Positions 55,356-64,000 of a DNA stretch of 64,000 nt are shown here, in pieces. The position numbers and the translations under genes were made by a program. The number at the start of each line of letters is the position of its first letter. Position 1 is the stretch's first letter. The DNA is from Trichinella spiralis (Eukaryota). The DNA is taken from contig NW_003526940.1 of assembly GCF_000181795.1 (NCBI RefSeq), forward strand, positions 761,570-825,569. The letters run 5' to 3'. The notes beneath the pieces are model-generated. The model saw nothing but the letters and a program-made list of their open reading frames with translations. It had not been told where the DNA came from and searched no databases.

Positions 55356-57067
55356 GTGAACTGTACGGTGAATTTAGTCAGTTACGGTGATTATATTTTT
55401 TTACATGTAAATGAATATAAAAGTTCTGATTTCTAGTGAATTTTCTTTTATGTTGTTTCTTTGTTTTTCGCATGTGTTCTCTGTTGAAAATTAATTAGTC
55501 GAAATTTAATAAACAGTTATGCAGTTTTTGCTTCTTGATTTCGAAATATTTTCAAAAAACGGAAAGTTTAATTTTGTAAATTGCTATGTTTCCAATGATT
55601 TCAGTATGTATGTGTTGGATGTGAGGATGAAATTTTAATAATTGCATATCGCGACATGCAAATTAGCGGTTTCATTGTCTATTTTTTGGCTGACTTGTGG
55701 ATCATTGACAATCAGTAGAAAACCTTGTTTCATGTCAGCACAATAGTCTTATTGACTGTAATGAAGTAAAGGAAGCACCCTTAACCTACAAGCAAATTTA
55801 AGTAATGAGCAAATTTATAAGCACCGATGTAGTAATTTTTCATTTTCTTTTTCAAACTTTTAATTGCTAGATGAACCAAACCATAGAAGTGCTACTTTAA
55901 TTCTGCTTAATCGCAGGAATGAAGTTTTTGCCACATTGGATGTTGCTTAATTTTTTTTGACTTTAAAAACTTTTTAATGAAAGTTTTCTTATCACATGTT
56001 GTAGCAACACTGATATATACGCATGTACATGTACATATATATTATTGCCAATTTGTCGGACAACTGTTGCAATGTTGAATTCATGAAAAGAAAGTTGCGC
56101 TCATATTTTGTCAGGTTGCAACAAAATAATTATCACGTCGAATATCAAGGAAGAAAGACTTTTCATTTGACGATTTATGCTAAATTCAAACATATTTTCG
56201 AAATATATAACACTGGAATAGTGAAATCATAATATTCAAAAAAATCATTGAATAGGTTCTCAAAATTTATGTTGCAGTAATATATTTAAATGAAGTCAAT
56301 ATAAAAATTAATATACATCAAAATTATAAGTGATAAAGCGTTAAGAAACTTCGGATTAAAGACGGAAATACTACAATGACCATAAGCAAACTAGTTAAGA
56401 CAGGACGAGCAACATGAACGTATTATGTTGTGATGGTAAAGAAGGTTCAGGAATGAAGAACAGATCTTTCCAGTACTCAGACCTTTGAATAATGCTTATC
56501 TCTAAGCGGCATCATCTTTGTTTAGCACTATCATATAGGTAGAGCCACTTTTCAATAATAATTATCGCAATAATATGCCATATTTCAAAATGTAAAGCTT
56601 GTTGAAAAACTAAAGAGACAGTTATTAGAATATTCAGTTGAAAATTTTCATACTTAAAAACACCATTCCTATTAAATAGTAAAATAAGGTAATAATCCAA
56701 GAAATTAACGAAAAATATTTTTAGATAATTTTAAAATTTTATGCGGTGCGTAATAATTTTCATCGAGATAATGAAAAGAACGAAAGATGAATTGCCATTG
56801 CAAACCAAAATGCAAAAACGATAAATTTCATTCCTGTTTTACAATTAGCCGACAAAAGAAAACAATAATGAAAAAATGCACTTCTATCCTACTAATAAAC
56901 ATTCTGTAAAATATTCTCATGATTTCTAAATAGCATGCAATATACCCATAAATGTAGCATTCTACACAAACAGATAAATATTGATTGAATGACATAAAAT
57001 GTAAAGGATTTCGGTTTAATTTATAAAATGCAAATAAATCTGGCATATCAATTCGTGGATATTTTCA

Positions 57068-58962
57068 CTACGGGCAGTTTTCAACTTGAGCAGCAATGTC
57101 ATTAAATCTGGCGAAAATATCAGCTTGATCAATACAAACTGCCATCGCAGATTGGACGGTTTGGTTTTTCTAAAGCAAAGATAAATTATCATTTTAAATG
57201 TAAAAAATATTTTTAAATGTAGTTACAGCATATGGCCTATCAATAAGGCAGAATATATTTCCAGGATCAGAAACAGCCCAGTTTGTCAAATCAGCATCAA
57301 GATTAGTGTCGTGATTGGCAACCCGTGCAGGGCTTTTAATTAAACGAATATTTCTTTCCAATACTCTACAGTCTCCTTTGAGTTTATTGTCTCTTCTTGA
57401 CCACACCTTTATTGTTTTTTTAAGAGCTTTCACGATCACTCTCTTGTATATTTCTAGAAATTTCATTTTATTTGTTCTGAAGTGGAATAATTTACTTGCT
57501 ACATATTTCACGTTGATAAAACAAATGTAAAATATCATGACATATTTCTTAATATTTTAAAGTGTAGAATTGCAGAATTTTATTTTCAAGCTTCACTGAA
57601 TGCGAAGGCGCATTGTCAGTATTACAGAAATTTGAAAAATCTTTTAATTTGCACATTTGATAAATCAATCATCATATATTCATAGTAAATATAATATTTT
57701 ACTAATATATATGCATTTATTAATTTGTAAATTTCAGTTTATATCATTCAAATATTTTGGTTCTTCAATTTTGTATCTTCTTTTTTGAATATGCATTTTC
57801 ATTTATAATTACATAAAGTATTAAAAATAAATTTTTCATACTGTTGTTTGCCACTACTTACCATATCTAGATGTTGCTGACTTGCTGTAAACGTTTACAG
57901 TTACCGCAGGCTGTCCTGCTGTTTTAATTGATTGCCTTGACAAATATGGAGGAACTGTTGGAAACTGTCCATCTGATAATTTTTTGAAATATTGCATTCC
58001 TACGGTTTCAGTTTCGGGAATATCATTATAATGTACTAAAGGCTCAGCACGAAGCAATGATGCAGCTAAACAGAAAATACCATCAGATACGAATTCAGTG
58101 TATCAGTACAATCTTGTTTCTCTTTAAAGTGCCGTTAACTAAATATTTTATTTATATTACATATGATAATGGTCCATTAAGTGATTGCACTTGAAAATTA
58201 TAATTTCACTCTTGGAAGAAGGTGCATAATAATACTATAATGCACAATTTTACGTAGATTTGAAATGAATGTTTTAAAATATGAATTAAGTGTTTGCAAT
58301 ATTCAGTGTTAACAATTTGAATAAAAGTCAATCAAACCTATGGCATTTATTTGGCTTTCTGAAATAGTCAAACAAATTAATAAATGTCCATTAGCATTTT
58401 CAGCTACTGGCCAGCTGTAGCCCGTTTTTGCAGCTGGAAATCCAGGTACAGTATGAACAATCCATGAAGCGGCATCAGTATTAAGAGTTGTTCGTACAAT
58501 TATCACTCCTTAAAATGGATGGACAATTTGATATTGAAATCCTTAAGACTGATTTCCACACCTTTGCTATTAGACTTTGTTTTTACGTTGGGCATTCCTG
58601 GTGGAACATTGTTGTATGCAAGGAATTTTATTTCATCGTGATTCCCTACAACATGTTCCAGAGTGACTCCAAACGATTGTCCAGCGCGCGTTGTAAGGAC
58701 CACGGCTCCATCCACCCATGCACCGGCGCTGTTTGAAACGATAATTTTGCCGCTGGTCTGTCCTGGAGCTTTGTATAATATTGCCCTGAAAGCATCCCAA
58801 TGTGATGACAATTCAATAATGCTGTAATTTCTTTTTCAAATGGATCATTGTAACTGACCAGTCTACTTCAGCACCGCCATCATTAGCTCGGCATTTAGGA
58901 TTTTGTGATTGTGAAAAAAGTATTAAAATAAAATGTACAAGCAGCTGAAGGTGGCTTTGCAT
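57068..58962 (-). CDS. DNase II-like secreted protein C, 6 exons
   Basis: Paralog of A and B with the same introns; MQSHLQLLVHFILILFSQSQNPKCRANDGGAEVDW..VENCP*. Confidence 0.9.
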
Positions 58963-60159
58963 CTTCTCTTGTGTCTCTGATTTATCTAGACGGATTGAGA
59001 TCATCTATGCAAACATTCTGCTATTTTTATTTATTCTTCCAAATGTTTGCAATCCCTATTTATTTATTTATTAAATTCGTTTTGTTTGTTTAATGTAAAT
59101 GGTCATTATTAGGATTGTTCCTTTTTAGAAGATTCTTGTTTTTAATAATTATCTCATTTATATTTAGATAAATCACAAGATTAAGAATATGGAGATTCAC
59201 ATGATTGCTAAACAATATAATAATGTTTGCTCTTTACCGTCAGTTTATGCTATCGATGATGAGGTAGATCATTGCATTTTTTCTCACTTTTCAGTAATTC
59301 CGTTTGCGCTAATCTTTCAATTTTTTTCATTTACAAATCAATGCATTTGTTTTGCGGCTGTTTGCAGTTGCAGTTTCAGTCTGTTGCATAAACAATTGGG
59401 AAATTTAATTAATTAGAGATGCCAAACACTTGCATGTAAACATGTATGCTGAGCACGCCATTACTGCTGTTGATTGATATACAGTGGTGAGGAATCATCT
59501 GCATGCTGTTCTCCCTTTCACCACAACTTCTACTTTATTCCAATTTGTTTTTGTATCTTTCTGTAATATTTTATTTTTAAATTTTGTTACTTATTTTAAT
59601 ATTTTAGGATGTATAATTGTTGATTAAAATATAAATTTAGTATTGATGGTGCATGTTCCAATAATGAATGAAAATATTATTTTTCATGTAATTAGTGCTT
59701 TACAACTGATCTGATCTGATCTGATTTATGAATCGTCGGAGATCTTTCTGTGAAGCAGAAAAAGAAAACAACATAGTTAATGAGCAAGAATGTTTGTATT
59801 ATTTTTGTTTATTGGTATTAATGATTTGTTTTATCAACAATGAGTTACGTAAAAGGTGCATTTTTTGTATCATCATTTTCTTGTCTTTCTTTTATTTGTT
59901 TTTTATTAATGAGACAAAAATTGCAAAATGTAGTACAAGACGTTGAGATTAATAGTATAAGAACAATCTGGAAAATTGAATTTTGAGAAAAAATTGATTA
60001 TTTTATAAAGTTATTCACGAAAACAGATTTGTATTTGAAAACGCTGGTATAGATTCAAATGAATAATTTCAATTTTTTAATTGTAAAAAATTGAAATAAC
60101 TTTATATCAAGTTCTATTAAATATTAGACTATAAACATTCAGAAGTTTTTGACGTTTAA

Positions 60160-60746
60160 CCCTCGAATCACCAAGTGGAGTAAAAGTGATCGCATTCCCA
60201 TTGAAACTGAAATAATGTCGACGCTCTGAAATCGCTTGATTTTTTTCAACAGCTACCTTTTTACAATTTGTTATCATGAAAGATTTATGAATATTCTTTT
60301 CGAGTGACTGAACACTGAATAGTTGTCGTATAGACGACAGTTGCAAGCAGTAGGATAGTAAATTGCAGCACTTTACCGCTGGCTAATACAACTGTAATTT
60401 TTCTGTTATATTTTAAGGCACTTATAAAGCAGGATGATGAATCCCAGAAATCTGGATATATGTATTAAGCAGTTAAATTTTGTTGGATGAAACCGATTGT
60501 TATGCCACTTTATCGCATTGGGAATGCAGGTTCAATTTATACTGTACCGTATGCATAGTTGAATTTCTTTTGTATGTTGCGTAATACTGTCATTACGCTT
60601 GATTGTTTTCAACGTTCAGTTCTTTCTGATATTTTGTGAAACACTTCTCATGAAGTTTTATCAAATTTAGCCATAAAAATGGAGGGACAAGAGTTACTCC
60701 TCCCCTTTTTCATACTTGGTGCCGAAATACCTTGGTAACTCAAGGG
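60160..60746 (+). mobile_element. Non-autonomous piggyBac element, 587 bp
   Basis: TTAA TSD on both sides (60156-60159, 60747-60750); TIRs CCCTCGAATCACCAAG / CCCTTGAGTTACCAAG. Confidence 0.85.
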
Positions 60747-60834
60747 TTAAAATTTTAAACTATGTATTAGAGTAGTTTTAACAATTTTGAATTTAAATAA
60801 TTGGAAAAGAAAAAGAAAATTTAATAATATTTTG

Positions 60835-61350
60835 ATGACTATGGTCGAAGTGGGAATCTATATTTTATACTTCTTGAAATTTGCAACAACTGTTCAAGGA
60901 ATTTTTTTCGATCTTTTTGATATCATCAGTGATAATAAAACATTTGTTGGAAAAGTTTTTAATAAAATTGAAGAAAAAACTGGACGAAATCGTTGTGAAG
61001 CTGCAACTTTGTTAGCATCTGTGATTACTGTGCTTTTGCTATTCAGCAGAAGTGCGGAACTGCTGTGCAATTCGATCTGTTTTGCTTATCCAGCGGTGAA
61101 AAGTTTGGAAAAAGTTAAATCAACTGAAAAAAATACTTCATATCAATGCTTATTATTCTATTGGATTATTTTCGGCTTGTTTGCAATTGTTGATTTTTTT
61201 GCTTACTCCATTAGCTATATTAATACAGTATATTGGCTGCTCAAATGTGTTTTCTTTCTTTGGTTGTTCATGCCAAGTTGCAGTGGTGCTGCGGTGCTGC
61301 ATGGAATAATTTTCCCACCAATCTCATCTCAACCGAACAACTGTCAGTGA
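60835..61350 (+). CDS. REEP5/DP1/YOP1 family ER-shaping protein, single exon, about 171 aa
   Basis: KIEEKTG..AELLCNSICFAYPAVKSL..LFYWIIFGLFAIVDFF..YWLLKCVFFLWLFMP..GAAVL is the TB2/DP1/HVA22 pattern. Start codon uncertain. Confidence 0.85.
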   Translation: MTMVEVGIYILYFLKFATTVQGIFFDLFDIISDNKTFVGKVFNKIEEKTGRNRCEAATLLASVITVLLLFSRSAELLCNSICFAYPAVKSLEKVKSTEKNTSYQCLLFYWIIFGLFAIVDFFAYSISYINTVYWLLKCVFFLWLFMPSCSGAAVLHGIIFPPISSQPNNCQ

Positions 61351-62395
61351 AATATATCATCTACATTATTATTCACCTTTTACTGTATTGCTTGTTTGCT
61401 TCTTTGTATGCCATATTTTGTAACCTTTTTGCATATTTTATCAATTATTTTTATTTTTTATTATTTATTTGCTTTAACTATGTGCAGTGAACAGCGACTG
61501 AGGAGGCTGTTTGGAAATGAGATTTCTTCATTGTTAATGCTTTATTTTTACAAGTGCATTTCAATAAATATATCAAGAAAATATGCGAGATGAATTTTAT
61601 TTTTTCAAAGTTTGCATTATCGAACTAACTGATTCAATAGCTATGTTACAGAAATTAAACTTTCATTTATGATAATATGCATTTCCCAACTTCCTTACTA
61701 TAATATCCCCAACTTCTTGTTCTAGTTATTTAACGTTGCAAAGCAATGTTTCCGAAAAGCATAGCAATACCGAAAAAATAACTTCATGGTATTCACTGGC
61801 AAAACTTCCTTACTGAAAAAAAGCAATGATAATAAAGCCAAACTTTCAAGTATAAAATATTTGAAAACGACATCACGTTATCCATTAAAATATTACATTT
61901 CTGTATATAAATTAGAGAGAACAAAATTCTATTCTCTCATCGCACACCTACATATGTATAATGTATTTCAAATCTGAGTATAAAAACACAAATTCTGATA
62001 AATTAACAAGAGAAATTTTACTTCATCAAATATAACTGCTGCATTTTAGCAATAATTGTTTTTTTGATAACGTGCTCATTAAATTGTATAAGCTGTGAAA
62101 ATTTTGAATTGAACAGTACTGCTTTTAAGTTTTATTATGAAATTTTCAAATTTTCCGATTACAAATCAAAATAACTAGAACTTATTTGAATTCGCAATAA
62201 ATAAAGCCATGATTTAATAGCAATAAAAATTTTACAGCTTTGCATGTATATTGTTGGAAATTTTGAGATACTGTAAATTAAACAGCCATTAAATTCAAAT
62301 TCAAATTAAATCGGCACATTATTATATCAAGCATTTCATTTTCAAAAATAAATAATTTAACTGGTTTATTTCTTTAACCAACAAAGTGCATTAAT

Positions 62396-63678
62396 TCAAT
62401 GTTTATGAAAAATACGCATGAAAAGCACCATTGCAAAGAAAATAAAAATCATCATAACAACAGATACAGCAAACCACCAATCGCAATATTTGGAACTATG
62501 CTGTCGAAGTTCTTTACCTTTATCAGTAAGATTGGAAGAATTTTTATCTGTCAGTGTGCATGCCTCCTTAATAGTCTAAAAATCATCAGTTATTAAATAT
62601 TTGCAATAAAAAGAAATTAAATATTGAAATACGAAAAACAAAAAAAGGTAAACTGTACAAATTAAATTTAAAAACTGCTTTAAGCAAATGACAATTTAAT
62701 TCTGTTAAACAGTGCTATAATGAGTTTCATTATTCTTCTATGATAAAAGAAAACTTCGTTTATAACTTCATTTTCAAATGAACAATAATAATAATAATGC
62801 AAAACATTCTACTCAAACATACAAGTCATAGCTGAATATAAATAAGCAAACAAACCATATTATCTTTGCGGACTATATCTCCATAGGAAATAACGTTTTC
62901 CTTTAAATTCTTTGATAACTTTGATAATTGCTGAATAATTTTATCCTGAAGTTCATCTTCCAACATGCGATCAAATTCCTCATTCTCACAATATTCATCT
63001 AACAGAAAAAAAGTGAATTATTGATAATTTATTCCTTGTACAAAGTGGAATAAATAATTTACCATCGAGCTTAACGTTTAGCAATTGAGAACGTATTTTT
63101 CTTGCTTGGTTTTCCACTGATAAAACTTTCAATTCTTTCAAAGTTACGCGCTTATCTTCCAATGGGACGGTTCGTTTAATAGTTTTGGATGGAAAATCAT
63201 CCCTGTCCGAAAGACCTTGAGTAATTAGCTTCTGCTTGTCAAGCTCATTTACTTCACCAATTTTCATTAACTGCAGCAGAAATTGAACGTCACGCTCATA
63301 TGCCATTACAACAGATTTATCAACAACTCTGAAATATTATCTGTTTAGAAGTGTAAAAAATTACAAAAATCTTACTTTCCATATTCCAGGTAAAAATCAA
63401 AGAATAATTTTTCTGCAAATTTGACGTACTAAAATAAAATTACTCTTGTAATAATTCACTAATCAATGAACATCAAATTTTTTAAAGTATACAACTGAAA
63501 AACAGCATTACATATATATATTTATATATTTGAAAGTAATCATTTATGATTAAATATCTATATTAATACATACAGCCTTGAAATGACAAAAGTCCACATT
63601 TTTAATATCAGCTGCCATTTCCTTGCACCTCACCAAAAAGTTGCGCAGTCTCAACTCCGGCCGAGACAAATGACTCAT
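62396..63678 (-). CDS. USE1: ER SNARE USE1, copy 2
   Basis: Same exons as 38251-39525 with few SNPs. Confidence 0.85.
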
Positions 63679-64000
63679 TTCAAATAAATTAAAATAAAAA
63701 GTAAATCAAAATCATGAAAAATGTGAGTATTTATTATCAAAAATTCGGATTGGTGACAGTTTGAATAATATGAAAATCAAGTAATTGTATATTAAGTCAA
63801 ACATACATGATATCAGAATGAGCTGTCTGTTAATAAATACTTTTAAAATAAGAGATATAATAATTTATTTAAGAAATATAATCAAACTAAAGAAAAATAA
63901 TATATAATGAACATCCAAGTTTTATGAAATAAACGAAGCAGCAATTTTTTGTTTTTGCTAGTTTTTAGTCAAAATTAAAAATATAATTTTATTGAAAAAT

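Noticed and set aside
59706..59726. (CTGAT)4 repeat
   Set aside because: An ordinary short microsatellite.

Overview
AT-rich eukaryotic genomic DNA with short introns and six N gaps. It most likely comes from a clade I nematode of the genus Trichinella; this is inferred from the cluster of secreted DNase II-like paralogs, an MSP-domain gene and the intron style. Spliced genes I could reconstruct by eye: MFSD11/UNC-93-like transporter (2 copies), MSP-domain protein (2 copies), a small stand-alone LOTUS-domain protein, a vWA-domain type I membrane protein, several polyubiquitin pieces, LYRM1, TOM22, USE1 (2 copies), three DNase II-like paralogs and an intronless REEP5/YOP1-like gene. Mobile DNA: a full-length Mag-like Gypsy element with two LTRs and a 5-bp TSD, a truncated Gypsy, a pogo/Tigger element, three hAT remnants and a non-autonomous piggyBac. 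Three blocks are duplicated at about 99% identity and each borders an N gap, so they are probably assembly or haplotype duplicates. The most interesting signals are (1) a candidate three-gene trans-spliced operon MFSD11-TOM22-LYRM1 with poly(A) signals, acceptors and a hairpin+UAYYUU (Ur) element, (2) the 133-aa LOTUS-only protein, (3) DNase II paralogs that have lost both catalytic histidines, and (4) polyubiquitin arrays with a dimeric higher-order repeat and decaying terminal units. Protein identifications come from recognised motifs, not from database searches.
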